64,000 nt of DNA from Takakia lepidozioides (GCA_030704615.1 CM060731.1:74524001-74588000), one strand, 5' to 3'. Shown: positions 22,164 through 36,677, counted from the stretch's first letter. Numbers and translations: made by a program. The notes: a model not told the origin generated them from the sequence alone.

Positions 22164-24622
22164 GAGGCACCACATGACAGGCTTTCATTCAAGGGAATGC
22201 TTGAGCTTGTCCTTCTGCTTCCCTACATATACCAGCCATTCATGACTAGCACTGTGTGTTTCTGCCTTGCTTTCAAACTGCACATGATGGTCATATGAAA
22301 GCAGCCCACCAGTTTTCTGGAGTGTGTTAGCTCGTTACTTACAGTGTACACATTTTGCGCTTTATGCAGTTCTGGCCAGGGGACTCTATGATAGGATCTC
22401 CATCACTTTTGCTTTGCAGACTCCACATTGGTAACCTACTAGTGGAACAACCTTCCGACCAAAACAATGCAAAGCAGTGAGCAGATATGGCGTCACCCTT
22501 CGTCTCATGTGGGTCGGTGGGTCCACCAGGTTCCCCACTTGGAGACCGAAGTGGGCTATATTCTAATCTCACTTTGTAATGGACAAGGTATGCTCTGAAA
22601 TGTTATCCAAATCCATAGAATACTACAAAATCACTGGGTGGGACCAGTGGACAAAAGCTGGAAAGACAGCCTTCCTCCACTTGGGTGCTGTCAGACAGGA
22701 TTTGAATGTTGCTTGGATGCTTTGCTTGTGAATGGAATCTCCATGCCACATGGGCCCAGCCTTTGTAGACATAGACATTCTTATAGAGAAGGCTTGTGGG
22801 TTGTCTTTGGTTTGATGCCAGATCATTACATTTCCTATCATATTTCTGGTCAAATATACATAAGTAATGTGGTGTGGCATTTCATTCCTTCAATCATTCA
22901 TGAGAGAGTCACACATGACTTCTTTGAAGTAGGGTTTGCAAAGTGTTTCATAAATCTCATTATGGGAACGACAGTACCACAATAAGTTCATGGGTGCTAT
23001 TAGGTCAAAAGTGGGTCAGCACTGTTGAATGTGGTTGTACCTTTCCCACCAAGCTTACTTATACAAGCTATGGTTAGTCAGGATCCTCTCAACCACAGCT
23101 TCATATTGAGCAATCCAAGTCTCTATACCACTCTATACCAATCTTGGGCGGTTATTTTAATTTCCCAACGGTTATCTATCTGGCTATATATATATATGAC
23201 TGGCGGAGGTGAAAAATTGGAGTAACCGATCCAGTTAGGAACGGGCGGAGTGGTCGGGCATGCAAATAACCGAGCAACGAACCTTTTACAGAACTGGCCA
23301 ATACCCGCGGTTATTTGATGAAATCCGTTATTGAAGGTTTTTGCAAGTAACCGGAACTGCAGGTTGTATCTAGATATATAGTATTTAATAACCACAACAG
23401 CAGGTTATTAGTTTCCTAAAATTTGAAGCACCCGGAACCGGCCCGTCATGAAAAAAATCAAGTAACCACCCGACATTGGCCGGTACCAACCCCAGAAATG
23501 TTTTCTCTTAGTACCTACGTACGTACCCATTAGTGCCTCACCCACAGATTCATTCTGTAGATCATCTATGAACGGAACGGGACATCTATGGGAATCATCA
23601 CACCATGCTAGCAAACAATATACCAGCCTACAGGTCCCTTTCGTCAATCAGCATTCCCTTAGTAAACAGTTCTCCAAAGTCCAAACCCTAACTTGGCCAT
23701 AAAGTCATTTCCGTCTCATAATTTCTTGTCCCCAATGAAGTGGAAATGTAATGAATGAGTGCTGCAGAGGCCTGAGTATTTGGGTCCACTGATTTGCCCA
23801 AATTGCCCAAATGAGTTAATGAACTTAATAGGCGCAAGATTGAACCTCTGTGTAGAGGGGCGGCTTCCCGAGTAACTTAATATTACAGAGATTTCCTTGG
23901 CCTCCTCAATACGAAGTTCCTCTGGCCTCTGTGAGTCCCTGCTTCTTCCAAAAAGAATATATATGTCTTTGATTACTAAGCATCATGCTAATCAAGCAAT
24001 GAAGCGTCCATCAATGGACCAACCCAAACCCAAAAAATACACAAATGAATTGTGTGGGTACAACAAGATAGACATACCCTTCAGTACATTAACCCTTACA
24101 GACGAAGGCTTTTGAACATGGAGGGGGGGTAACATTCTATCATTCTTCTTTGGGAGCAGTCACAAGATAGATTCTTTTCTAGTGTGGTCCAGTTTCTGCT
24201 CTGTTCTCAATGGTGTAATTTCAAGCAACTTAGCCTGGACAGAAGATTGATAACAATACCTCATAGCCCCCCTACTGTATGTGGATCAGTCTGCTGACAA
24301 TACTTTGGGTACATCTCTGAGTTGTAAATGTCTAGCAATGACTACCTTTCAGTGCAGTTTGCCTTCACTCTCAGTTAGTTGGCGTGAAATAAGTTCATCA
24401 TGTCAGCTATGTATCTGACCATCACATCACTGAATAATCTCTTCACCGTTTTCCTGCAAGAACCAGTGAAAGGCAAGATTACACATACAGGACTCGTTCA
24501 ATAGGATGGCACACCTCATTTTAGCTTTAGCTCCCCATTACATACCAGTCCATCTTCTGATCTCCAGCTTGGCACCTCTTAGGCAGTCTTATCATCAGAC
24601 TGATCGTTCATGTTGTTCAGGG

Positions 24623-24690
24623 AAATCTCATTGAATGTTCTCTATAAACAAGCGGCAAATCTCATTGAATGTTCTCTATAAACAAGCGGC
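24623..24690. repeat. 34-bp perfect tandem duplication
   Basis: AAATCTCATTGAATGTTCTCTATAAACAAGCGGC occurs twice. Confidence 0.95.
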
Positions 24691-25637
24691 GTACCTTGGT
24701 GCAGTTGGCTGGCTCTCATTGGTCAAATACCATCGTTACTTTTTGCTTCACTTCTCAGACTAGGCAAACTATCTGAACACTGGAAATTCTCAATAGGGCT
24801 TCTGCACCCTCCTGGACACAAACATTTTCCTTCAACCACATGACAATTGAGCATTCGTGTGAAGCAACCTTCTCCATAGCTTACCTGTGACTGTAACATG
24901 CCTGGGAACATTATCTTCAGGTATCAAAAACATATAAGGGATATGCCGAGCTCGGAAACATTTGGTGAAACAATCTGCAAGCTAGTTGACATTGAACCCA
25001 GAACTATGTTCTAACATTTCTGATCAACAAAGACTTCCTTCAAGGTCAACACTACACTAGCAAACCACCCTCAGACTCCTTTTGGATCCTATACGTAGTG
25101 TCCCCCATTACAATGTGCAATAATTTGACATGACACTCCCCATACATTGCACTTGACTGGGAGGTGACAGTTCATGTTGGTAACTAACCCTCCCCACATA
25201 GAAAGGGTAACTCACCCACCCCCTCCCTGCTCCCCACAAGCCTGCTCACAAATGATAATAAATTAAGGCTACATCTTTGACAAGATCATGCCCCACCTCC
25301 TACCAAAACTCTTCAATGCAAAAAAAAAATGGTAACAGGAAAACACAGACTAGAGAAACTCCCTCTACACAATAGAGAGAGGAGAGCCTCCCTAACAACA
25401 GGATAGCCAATCACTTCCCTAATAGCAAGTCTCAAATAATAACCAGCACAACCTGTTCTCTTCACCGTTGATGGCTTCACCAAATTTGCAGACGATTGTG
25501 AACAAGCCAAGGGACAATAAAAGACAGGCCTGGACCTTCATCCCGAGTTCCATCAACCTCTTTCCAGATAAAAATGAAAGAGACAAAACTATGGCCTTGA
25601 TGTAATAAAACCCACACTAGACATTTTGTATAGCCTC

Positions 25638-28600
25638 TCACACAATACTGGGAGCATCACCCAACCAATTACATGTTGCACATTGCCATCGTGTACGAAT
25701 GCAATCAACAACTGGAGCATGCTGTGCAGGTTCAGCAATAGGGGTTGCACTTTCTGATGCACCACGCTGGGACACCTCTCCCTCTGAAGATGCCTTGTAA
25801 TCCTCTACCAGAACCGTGTCAGGTGTCCACTTTGGAGGGACCGACACTTTAACCTTGGTCAGCCGTGGCTGCTGCTGAGATATATCTCCCACAGAGGCCA
25901 CTGTCTTGGCGATTCCATTGAAGTGATAAAGATCAAACTGTTTCTTTCCAAGTGCTGTGGAAGAATCCTTGAGGCCCCCTTTGCTCTTATCGAGCTGACA
26001 AAGAGCCTGCCACAGATCATTCCACACAACTATGTCGCTGCTGCAGAGAGTGTTCAACATATCTTGAGGCATTTCGATGCTGAGGTTGAGAAGCAGTTGT
26101 TGTAAGGCCTCAGCACTGATGAACCCTCCCCCACCACTCTGGTCCTGGGCATCAAAAGCTCGCCGCACACGAGCCTCCCTGTCCTCAATCTCACTCTCCT
26201 CTTGTACAGTGGTAGTGAAAGCAAATAAGACTGTGTAATGGGATTCACTGCCTACAACCCAGATAGGCCACTTTGGGCATTTCAACTGGTGCCCCACTTT
26301 GCAGAGATTGAGCGACTCCAGGAGTGTCAGGAACCCTACCTCCACATTAGTTGGAATTCCCTTCAGGCACATGTCAACACCCAAATCCATGTTTCCATCA
26401 AATACGTTGGCAACAGCGTGTCCACACAGCAAGAGGTTCACAATTTCCTGAAGAGAACATATCAGAGAGCTACATAAGTAAAGAGCGAACCTTGATGCAT
26501 CTTACCAAATACTTGAACAAGCCGAATCCCTCCTACACGACTAATCAACTACCCTCAACCATTTTTCGGATCATCCTAGAACCCTTCAAAAGGTATCAGT
26601 TGAGCTTTAGAAACCTACAATGCCCAACCATGACCTCAGACCTGCTGGTCCAGCCTAACATCCTCAGCTTCTCAATAAGGTTTAGCATCTGAAGTGGTTG
26701 CTAGGAGGCTTTGTATCTAATGTTGTTTCATTTCAGAAAATCGAGAGTGAGATAAATCTTCGTCATGCACAAGTCCTCTGCATAAGAAAACGCCAAAACA
26801 CAATGGCAAATAAAAGTTGTGCAGCTCCCAGCTTTGCTGAGCAATAGAATCCAATCATAGGATTCCACAGTTCAAGACCGTCGTTGTGTTTCAAATGCCT
26901 GACTGCACACCTACATGGCCTCCATTAAACTGTTGATGCCACTGGATACCACTTGACAGGTGCATCTGCTAGACCTTGAAAGTAAATAATCAGACATATC
27001 CCAAAAGCTCAAACGAATATTTTGGGTTCTAAGGAGATGGGTCATGAACCTCGTTCCCAGGATACCACATTGGCATTCCTCACTCTTCAGATTGACGTGT
27101 GTAATAATGTGAAAACTCGCGACCCTCAAGGACACAAGTTGTGCAACAAAGAGCTTGTGGAACTGAGTTCGTAAGAACCTCAGTTACACATCTTGAGGAG
27201 GACAGACAGCTATGGGCAAGCGAGCTACATGCACTAGAGACCAAGCAAGTGCAGAAGCAGCGTACAGCATGCTTGTCTGAGGAAAAGGGTTTCCTCATCA
27301 AAAAACATTTCACTCGAACCGTAGGCTGGCCGCAAGAAATTAAGGCACTCCTGGAGAGAGTTAGACCTGGACCAGCAAACATTGGACATCAGACCCATAA
27401 AACCCTCTGCAAAGCCTTTTGTAACTAAGATGGCTGCTTCCGAGCTACTTTTCGCACCATAAAAACTGATGAAAAATAGAGCAATGGCCCAGATCACTGA
27501 GATATAACTGCAAACGCATGAAGAGGATCTGCCACGTAAATGATGAACAGCCTTCAGCAAAAGTCCTTTTACTTCAAATTTCCATGCCATAAATGGCTCA
27601 GAGCCCCCAGACCATTCCTGGAAAGTTGGTCCAAAAACCCTCCCAGGATAGTGCACACAATGGTCACCTACCTTCTGAGATTCACCTCAATCATGAATAG
27701 AACACCCAAGAAGACGAAGAAATAAAAGAAGGCCACAAGTAAGTTAAGCTACCAGGAGCTGAGCTGAGCTCCCTCTGCACAAGACTGGATATCCTTAGGT
27801 GCATTGAGTTTGATGCTATTTGTTTCAGCTTTACCTCTTAAAAACAGGTGCACCCAACCCATGCAGACACCGTCATTGATAAGCAGATAACCAGATATAT
27901 GTAGTATCCTGCCATGCAATACCCTCTTCAAGTTCACACCATCTGAGTCATCCCCTGGCGGACACTTTGTTAGTGAATATACTGAGTTGCTGTGGCAAGG
28001 TTTCAGTCTAGTTGTGGCCCTGTTGTCTTGAATCCAAGTGATCTTGACAATCCTTTGCTCAGGAATCTTCAAGCAAACTGGTGTGTCTGGGCAGAGTATA
28101 ATGAGCAGACATACCTGAGAAGCATGGCCAAACGGAGTGGTAACCAAGGGCTGACTGGGATCATCTCGGTCAGACTGAACTGCATCCTGTTATAGAAGAC
28201 CAGTATCTTAGATCCTCGATTCCAAAGCACTTAGCAGAGCATACAGAACATCAGAGACCTTCCCTCTACATGTGATTTTCCCCTCTAGAGCAAGTAACAC
28301 TGAATAAAATACAAACTCTGGGCGATATATACCAGTTCAAACAAAGCCTTCTAACATCAATAAAAACTACCGGAGGGCAAAGAGGGGAAGTGTCTCCAGT
28401 AAACGAACACAACAAACAACTTCCTACCACCAACCCAGTGCCTGTTTACATGCATCCTTCCCCAGTCCCAGTTGTAACACACTGTTCTGCAAGTCTACCT
28501 TTCCTGGGCAAGTCTCTTGCAAGAGAAGGTAAGGTGTCAACAATATATTCATCTGAATCACAGGGGCAAGGTGCAGTAAGCCCACGTCTAACTCTTTGAA

Positions 28601-31600
28601 AATTTCCATGCAACTACACTGATATAAATTTGCTAGTGTGTTTTCATGAAGTCCATAATAAGATAAGAACACAGCTGCCCCAGGCCCCAAGCTATATACA
28701 ACATCAGACAGGGAAAAGATAAGATAACTTACTAGGCCTCTTGATAAAAGAGCGGAGAAAAGCAGGAGTAGTGCCCCCATGGGACTTCTAAACCCAGGCA
28801 GCAGGTTCTGGAGCAGCTGATGAAGAGCAGAGATGGATGTAACAGCACAGATTCTCACTAATCTGTGTAACTCCTTTCCAGATTCAAGGCACACCCCGTC
28901 CAAAGCTTTTGCCACAACCTGTTAGCCATGAAACAAATGTATCAAAATAAGAGGTCCTAACCTGGGAGTTCTGGGAAAAACTGTGGGCATGCAAAATGAG
29001 ATAAATGTGATGGAACTCCAGTCTTCAAAATTTGGGACACACTTAAGATATTCCAAGGTATAAGGTGGGTAGTATTTGAAACAAAAATGACACCTCAAAC
29101 CAAACAGACCACGTTCGAACAATAAATAACAACAACTTTTAAATAACAGACAACAAAAGTTGTTGCTACGAATTGTCAGAGAAACACCAGTAAAGTTGCA
29201 GAAAATTCTTACGTCAAACACGTATGGAATTCCTCCTAAGCCAACACCTGTCACTCCAAAGCCTAAACAAAAGATAACTAACATGTTCCAATTTGTACAG
29301 GTAGACATACTGCCACCTTAGAAAACCCCTGGACATAACAGAACCCAAATCTAGCACAGCAATGGTGTCACTTTAAAAGGCCTCCAAGCTTCATTTTTTG
29401 ATGGTATCAAGCATTTAACTACAAACCTCATCCTGCTCTTCCTCTTTGATGCTGCAATCAAAATGGACACCTGGAATGTCAAGCACAGCCACAAAAGCTT
29501 TCCTTTTACCTCCAGCACGCCACAATGTTTCTCCCATAGCGCGCACAAGAGCCCTGAAATAAAGAATCAGAGCAACCTGACAGTCCTATCTTCACATATC
29601 CCCTTGTCTTGAAACTTTGGAGCAACTTTGCATGGGACCAAACAAGCCTTGTATTTGGCTAATCTAGAACTTCTATTGCACTGCAGCGCGATCCCCTTGC
29701 AATAAGATCGACACTTCTCATTCCAAGAGATGTTTCATCTTTGTTGTTAGTGGGTGACAGGGCTAACAGCCAGCATTTTCGTAGCTAGCTCATACTGAAG
29801 CATCCTTACAAGCAAGCATGGGTCTTGAATAGTGGAGAGGATAGCAAGCATGTCTCTTATGACAGAGAAAAAAACCTTCCCTTTCAAGATAAGCCCAAGT
29901 ATTTTCTCGGTTGTCTACTCTCGGTTAAGCGGTGTATTTCAATAGCTATCCAGAGCAGTTAAACACCCACTCATAAGCAGGTTGCAATACCTAGTTCGTT
30001 GCGAATCAGAAAAGACAAGTCTAGCATCAAGAACTTCCTTGTTGGCCACCTTGGCAGGCTCCAGAGGCGAGAGCAATGCAGCAGGGGAGCCTATTGTGGC
30101 CTTGCCCCTAGCTCCATTATCGATGTCATCTTCAGGTACAAAGAGCAGGTATTTGAGAACCAAAGCCTGGACAAACAGCAGCCACGAGGTTCCCAACTTA
30201 ACATAGTACCGACAGATTCCAGAAAAGGGGGCAATCAGGGTTACAAAACTGAATACGGACACCATAGACTCTTTTGCTGACCATAAAGTACTAGCATTCC
30301 CCCCACAATGCAGCTCTAGGACCAAAAGTTTGGAGGTATAAAGTACCCAGCATATTTACTTCCACGAAAGCCTGCAGTCATAAAGTCCAGTGGAAGATCT
30401 GAATTTGTGCAACCCAGCTTTAGGACCACCTCATCACTTACAAGCTACCTGAATCACCAACTTCACAAGAAAAGAAGTTGACCGCCAGTAGGCGATCCCC
30501 AGACCCATAGATCACAAAAAAGACGAAAAGCCGTCCAAGTTTCTCTTGGCCAACCAACTAACTTATTTGCAAGGGCATACTGGCATCTCCGAATTGGTTT
30601 CAGTTCCGAAGTTTCTATCCAAAGGCTATGATGTAAACAGACAGTGAGGAGGATTGACCTGAATAGGTGCTAGAACGCCACATGGTCCACCCTTCTTCTG
30701 TACAAGTCCTAATGATGTCTCTGGATCAGGACTGAATCTGTGAATGTGAAAGGCACAGGGACATGCAAGCTTCAGATGATCATCCATAGAACAAGTATCA
30801 AATGCATCCAATACAAATTCCTACTGTCACGCAGCTGTCTCTGACAAAACAACAAATTTACAGGGAAATCCTCTTCTGAGAAGATAGGAATTGACTGTCC
30901 TCCCCTCTTGTATTTTCCAAATTTCCAGAACCATAGTAACAGCAGTAATCCCCCATTACCTCCTGCATCGTGAGACCAGAAACACATTCCTTGTTTGTGA
31001 ATCTTGATCAAAACATGATTAGCTAAAATAGCCACTCCCTCAAAGTGTGAGATCCTAAAGAAGTTTCGGACCAACTGCAATTTTGCTTCTAGGACCTCCA
31101 GCAACAATCATCACGTTTCCAGCATTTAGGGAGCCAAGTCATCCTCATGTGGCTTTAGAAATGTCCTCAGAAGACGTTGTTTGCCGTAGCCTTGTGGCCA
31201 TTGACCCCATACTCAGTTTGAGCGGAACACAAAGGGACAGAAACTACCTTTGTCAGGGGCTAACGCCAGTAGTATGACTTACCTTGGAACAGACAATTGA
31301 TCCGAGTTTCCCAGATATCCTCTAGAAATCCCTTTATACAAGCAATCAATCTGCTGTGTGTGATTTGCCCAATAACTAGGCCCCAAAAGGGCCTGGGGTT
31401 TTGGCTCAGCCTCAAGATGTGGCTTTAGAAAAATAATAACAGATGCAGAAGACAACAGCACAACCGAAGCTGCAGAAAACAGCTCGGTGCACTCTGCACA
31501 CAGACTGATGACAGCTTTGGGGTTCATTGAAGAGACAAATTAGATGGTAGTGAAAGAAACTTTGGTTGATACTAAACTCTCATGCGATTAAAGTGGCCTT

Positions 31601-32146
31601 CCTCAAACAAGCTCCCACAGTGTCTAATAGACCTAAAATTCCAATTTAAGAAAGATAAAAGTACCTGAACCCTTGCTGACACCATTGAGCAAGAACGTCT
31701 CTAGAAACCTGTTGGCCTCCAAACACCATGGAGTGCAACTGCTCTGCCACAAGCGCCGGCAACTGTTGCCTTTCATCCTCCACTCTTCTCTTTCCCCTAT
31801 TACTTTTTTCTGCGCTGACGCTGACTTGCTGTGTAGAGCCCTCGGATCTTTCGGGAACATTTCCAGGGGTGCGAGGTTGAGGCCGGTGAGCGGCCGGCGA
31901 GACAACAGGCTGATCGAGAGGAACTGAAGAGAACGGATGTTGGATCCCCAAGGTCTTGAGTCTCCTTTGTTCTGCTGCAGCAGCTCGAATTTCACGCTGC
32001 ACCCTGCGATCCATTGCTTCGGCGGTTTCCCCTGGAGGAGAGAATGTGGCAACATTCTCTCGTGGCTTGCTGCGCTTCGCATCGGGGGCAGGCTGCAGGC
32101 TCATGCGAAATGCCCTTTGCAGCTCCTCGTCGTCATGCTCCCCCAT
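25638..32146 (-). CDS. MINDY3: MINDY-3/4 family deubiquitinase (DUF4205) with N-terminal UIM and an EF-hand-like insert, 7 exons, 643 aa
   Basis: Exons 32146-31665, 30737-30659, 30166-29991, 29553-29427, 28918-28733, 28186-28115 and 26447-25638, all GT-AG and in phase (1932 nt). UIM DDEELQRAFRMSL, catalytic Cys in GLVQKKGGPCGVLA, His in PIWVVGSESHYTVLF, CIRTRW. Confidence 0.93.
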
Positions 32147-34375
32147 GGCAAACACTGGATCCTCCGAGATATCTATTTTGACCTACTTGTATTGCAGATG
32201 TCGGGAGTTGGTATAATAGGGATGTCTAGGCTGCGCTGAGTATGCATAGGGTTGGGACCACCCTACGTGCGAGGAACACTCGATTGTCGATGTGTTAGCT
32301 TTCTCTCATTGCAGCCACAGCCAGATGACAGAAGTAGCATCGACCAAGACTAACCATGGCTGAGTTTCCAGAAAATCGATCAATTGCTCGTTACCTGAGA
32401 AAAGCTGACTCAAATGCCTCCATCGAATGCTTCAGATTGTCGACTACTTTATCGACGCTACCGAACTGCAATTTCATCAGTCTTGTGATCATTCATACAC
32501 TTTATCTGTCGCATCTTTTATCGGATGTCTGTTGCTGGAAACCCCTCCATGCTGCTTGACTCCTCTCATTGTTCTCTGGCTGCTCCTTGTCCTACGATCC
32601 GTTCCAGCCCCGGCTGCTCTCTCATCACCAGAACGCTACCGCCTGGATCCCAGCGTTCACCTCCAAACTCCAGAACAATCGCATTCAATGTGCCTTCCCG
32701 AAACAGAAACCCCAGGCCTCAACAGTCCACCTGGGGCCACAAAATGCCGCACTAATTCGCTCCCTAACACAAAATTGAACATGAAAATCCACGAGAAAAA
32801 TCACCTTGAAAAAAACTTCGGCAACGCACCTGCACAGTGGAAAGCTGACACGGAGATGCTTCGGAAATCCATGCACAAGCTGTTTCTTGGAGATGCAAGC
32901 AGTGATGGTAGGGTTGAAAAAGGAGGGGGATGAGCACGCGTGGCTCGCTCGCCGCGTGTACTTCGTCAACGTGGAGGGTTCAACTGTAGCGTGTTTCGCC
33001 ACACGCCAGTACCAACGTTTCGCCACAAACCTATTTACTTACACCATGATTCGTCCTCAGGCTTATCTGCAGAGTATCTCTTGTCCATCTGTATCTTGGA
33101 AGCTTCGCAGATCCCAACACCATGAGAGTCAAGGCTGCGGAGATCTGTGCCTCCGAACTCCGAACCTTCCCTCGTAGAAGAAGGGCAGGGAGATGAGCAG
33201 CACAAGTCTTTGAACGTTCACTATACGATCAACATTTCCTCTGCTGCTTCTGATGACTTTTTCTTTTGGCTTAACCCCTAAACACCTAAGTAGCCATCCA
33301 GTCAGGGCCTCATGGTTCACTTCAACACAAAGTTTTGGGTGGATTCTCAACGGAATCCAAAGCTGCAACATGTTTGCATCAGTGCCCGGCAGGTATAGTT
33401 TTTATTTGGATTTACATGTGGGTCATAACTAGTAACCGCGGTGCGGCAGATTTTGGGACCAGGATGTATGATACCCTACCCTTACACTTATATTGCATCA
33501 ATGGGGTTTCAATAACCCCCAAAGTTTGGTGGGCCCTGTCCAGTAGAGGATGCTCCAGGAACTAAAAAGGGAAATATAAAAAGTAAGCACACAAGGGTTT
33601 GAAGAAATAACGGGCCCTTAGTGTCATATCTAGTCCATGTACTATTGGGATGTACTATTGGGATGAAGGGTAAATAGCGGTTCGGGCTGAATCATAATTC
33701 GTTGAAATAGCACGCATGTGAACCCCTTGTAGCCATGATGGCAGTCCCATGCCTGGAAACATTCCTTCCTCTTTCTTTTGTACTTGTTTTGTGAGGAACT
33801 CTAGAGGGTTTGTGAGAGTACATTGAGTGTAGTTGAAAAAGTGAGTGGCTAAAAAATGCAGCCAGTCCCTGATCTCACACTCTGTGAGAGAGATTTGAGG
33901 TATGGTTGGATATTGGGGACAGTATGTAATATGTTGATATATCTCAATTGAAGTATAATCTTATTTTGTGTAATATTTTGATACATCTTATTCAATGGGG
34001 CTATAATGTGATTTTACCCTTACCATCATATGGACTTCAGCATTGTTGTGTATTTTGGGAGGGGAAGAAAGAAAAAAGAAAAAAGAAAAACGCTCTTGCT
34101 AAAGCAAGTGCATGGTATCACTTTAGCCCCAAAGTCTACTTCCTTCCGTTTTGAAGGTGGACACAACTTAATTTTATTTTTTGAATTAAGAGGGGAGGAA
34201 GCCCTGTAAATCATATTAAAGGAGTCCTTGAAAAAATAACCAAGACAAGGGGCCATAAGGCTTACATCTCGAGAGATCGGGTAACACCAGACTAGCCACC
34301 GAGGGCAAGCTTAACCACTACATCCTTGGAACCCTAAATGGATCAGTAAGCCATGTTTTAGGAGTTTTGTCTTAA

Positions 34376-35401
34376 CCCCTAAACGACAAGCCGACCCGAA
34401 TCGGGTCGGCCCGATTTTTCATCCATCCATAGCATGCACGGATGAAGTCCGATGAACGAGCGGCTTGAACGAAAAATGTAGCGCGGAACGAGCTGCACAC
34501 ACAGGTCTTTATGGCGCCCCCAACAAAGAAAAACTCCGCCGTCAGGAATTTTTTGAAGTTTGGAAATTGCAGGATTTTTGGGTGGGGGGGCACGGCAGTT
34601 GACCGTCGACGTGGTAGGTGGCAGCTGCCACGCGGGTGGGATTTTGTGGTGGGGGGCATGCAGGGGTTGGAGTCGGGGGCTTGTGAGGCCCTCCCCAAAA
34701 TGCTGACGAACGCGGGGACGGCTCGAATGAGCTGGCCCTGGCAAATAATGGGAAACCTCGACGTGGCCCGGAAAACGTCGCCGGATTCAGGCAAAATTCC
34801 GGCCACCGATTGCCTGACCTGGAGGAGGCCGGAAATTTCACAAAATCCCACATCCCAAATGCAATTTAGGGAATTTTTGGGAAATTCTTAGGCAGGCTTG
34901 TGTAGTTCTTGGCCTATGAGGGACTGACCGTTGGAATTCCCAAATGAAGGAGAATTTGGGGGTCCCAATGGGCCTATACCATTTCCTTTGCAAATTCTCT
35001 TTTTGGACCCCATTCCAATCACATACAAAGCACCCCCCCCTTTCATTTTGGCAGATTGGGGTGAAATTTGGTGTGAGGGTTTGGGATTGTGCACTTCACA
35101 GGAATATAGCACTTTTTCTCCTAGGAAAATTTGGGATCATGGATAATTTGCTTGGTCAAACATGAACTTTTGCTTTGTTTTTTTCATTTTCAAAAATATG
35201 CACCGTCTTCAAATGTTATAATCTCCTAAACTACACGATGGAATCTCCCTAAATTTGGGAGGCTTGTGCATCTTGTAGGTAAAAAGCAGTTTGTACGGTT
35301 CATCCACGTGGATGAACGTTGGTGGGTAGGTAGCCGCTGACGTGTGAGGGTGGGTCCCGGAATTGTCCAAAAACCCAAAAACACCTCTCATCCTTTAGGG
35401 G
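34376..35401. mobile_element. Non-autonomous piggyBac-like element (1026 bp)
   Basis: TTAA at 34372-34375 and 35402-35405. Termini CCCCTAAACGACAAG and (reverse complement) CCCCTAAAGGATGAG match at 12 of 15 positions. Subterminal palindrome at 34390-34410; no transposase motif seen. Confidence 0.7.
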
Positions 35402-35964
35402 TTAAGTAAGTGCGAGTCCGAAGATGAAAAACCTAGCATGAAAGAAGAAACTAAGTAGTGAACCTCTACTAAGGAAGGGAACATTGAGCAGGCATGAAGC
35501 ACATAAGCAGTCGGAAGACCCAGCATAAGCAACTACCAACTAACCCTGGGGGGGCGAGATCTAAAAGCCTCCCTACCATTTACAAAAACAAAAACAAAAT
35601 ACCAATCCTAGAGAAATAACCAATCTAAATACGGTCCAGCCAGGAAGAGGAGTAACAAGTAAAACGAATAAGTGGTCAAAGAGACCAGTTTAAGAACCAA
35701 GGGGAAGAGGTCGAAGCACATGACTACAAGCCATCACCGGAAAAAACTAATCACTGGACAGTCTTAAGAGTCAGCGATTGGTCCTAAGGGGCTCAGAATT
35801 TAAATGAGTCCGGACCTTAGTAGACCGGTCTTTGCAATGCCGCCAATTGATATCTTGGTCCTCAACCTCACTAGAAGGAAATCGTGGAATAGCCACAGAC
35901 CCCTTTAATTACTCCTGTCTTTTACCATTCTCTAAACCATGCACCAGTAATGATAACCATTGGC

Positions 35965-36410
35965 AAGTGGTTAATCCCGATGAAATGCCATGATGACATC
36001 AGATGGAGTGGTTGGAAGTGGTTTCAACCACTTAGTACTTCTCATGTAATACTGTATTTTTATTTAAGATTTATCATTTGTTAATATATTTTTATTAATA
36101 AATATAAAATTCCACGTGAACAGATGCAGCGGTAGATCGTGAGTGGTTACAGACACCTTAGTGATGGGAAGTGGTTGAAACCACTTGCTACTCCAAGTGT
36201 AATAATGTAATTTTTATTTAGATTTATGATCTGGAAATATATTTTAAATAATAAATATAATATTCCATGTGGACAGAGACAGCGTACGTAGATCCTTAGT
36301 GGTTAAAAACACCTCAGTGATTGGTACCACTTGGACAGTGGTGGAGAGTGAATGATTAAAGACACTGCTAGATTGGCACCACTTGGACGGTGGTCGCTTG
36401 TGAGTGGTTA
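35965..36410. repeat. AGTGGTT/AACCACT motif array including a diverged ~153-bp tandem duplication; probable transposon subterminal region
   Basis: ~36014-36164 resembles ~36167-36321, and each unit opens with the palindrome AAGTGGTTnnAACCACTT. Confidence 0.7.
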
Positions 36411-36469
36411 AACACTGAGTTCGGTTCTGGGGCTTCTTGGAGTTTGAACTTCGGTGGCCAGGACTGAGC

Positions 36470-36498
36470 GGGGGGGGGGGGGGGGGGGGGGGGGGGGG
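36470..36498 (+). repeat. G29 homopolymer upstream of a TATA-like box (TATATAA 36604-36610)
   Basis: Directly visible in the sequence. Confidence 0.85.
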
Positions 36499-36677
36499 AG
36501 TGGATTTGTGTAGGGGAGGAGTTTTTTCCTTTTTTTCCTGGGACTGCGGGAGAGTTTGCTTTGGGTACTATACCAATAGAGGGTGAGGAAATTGGTCTGA
36601 TAGTATATAAGGTTATCAATAGTCTGGGTTTAGTTTTCCGTTACGAAGCCGCGTCTATTCCGCAGAGTACTTTCATC

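Noticed and set aside
22300-25000. Exon-like fragments and an AACCG-rich block (~23200-23500)
   Set aside because: Stops in the frames examined and no identifiable family or boundaries.
33271-33283. TTAACCCCTAAAC as a second piggyBac-like left end
   Set aside because: Similarity stops after 13 bp and the subterminal palindrome is absent; a telomere-like motif can occur by chance.
32356-33371. Short ORFs upstream of the MINDY gene as a divergent gene
   Set aside because: No motif or consistent exon chain; likely 5' UTR or promoter sequence, or decayed sequence.
35869-35885. CACTAGAAGGAAA as a CACTA terminal repeat
   Set aside because: No partner end in the window, and the linked transposase lacks CACTA-type motifs; kept only as a possibility to test.
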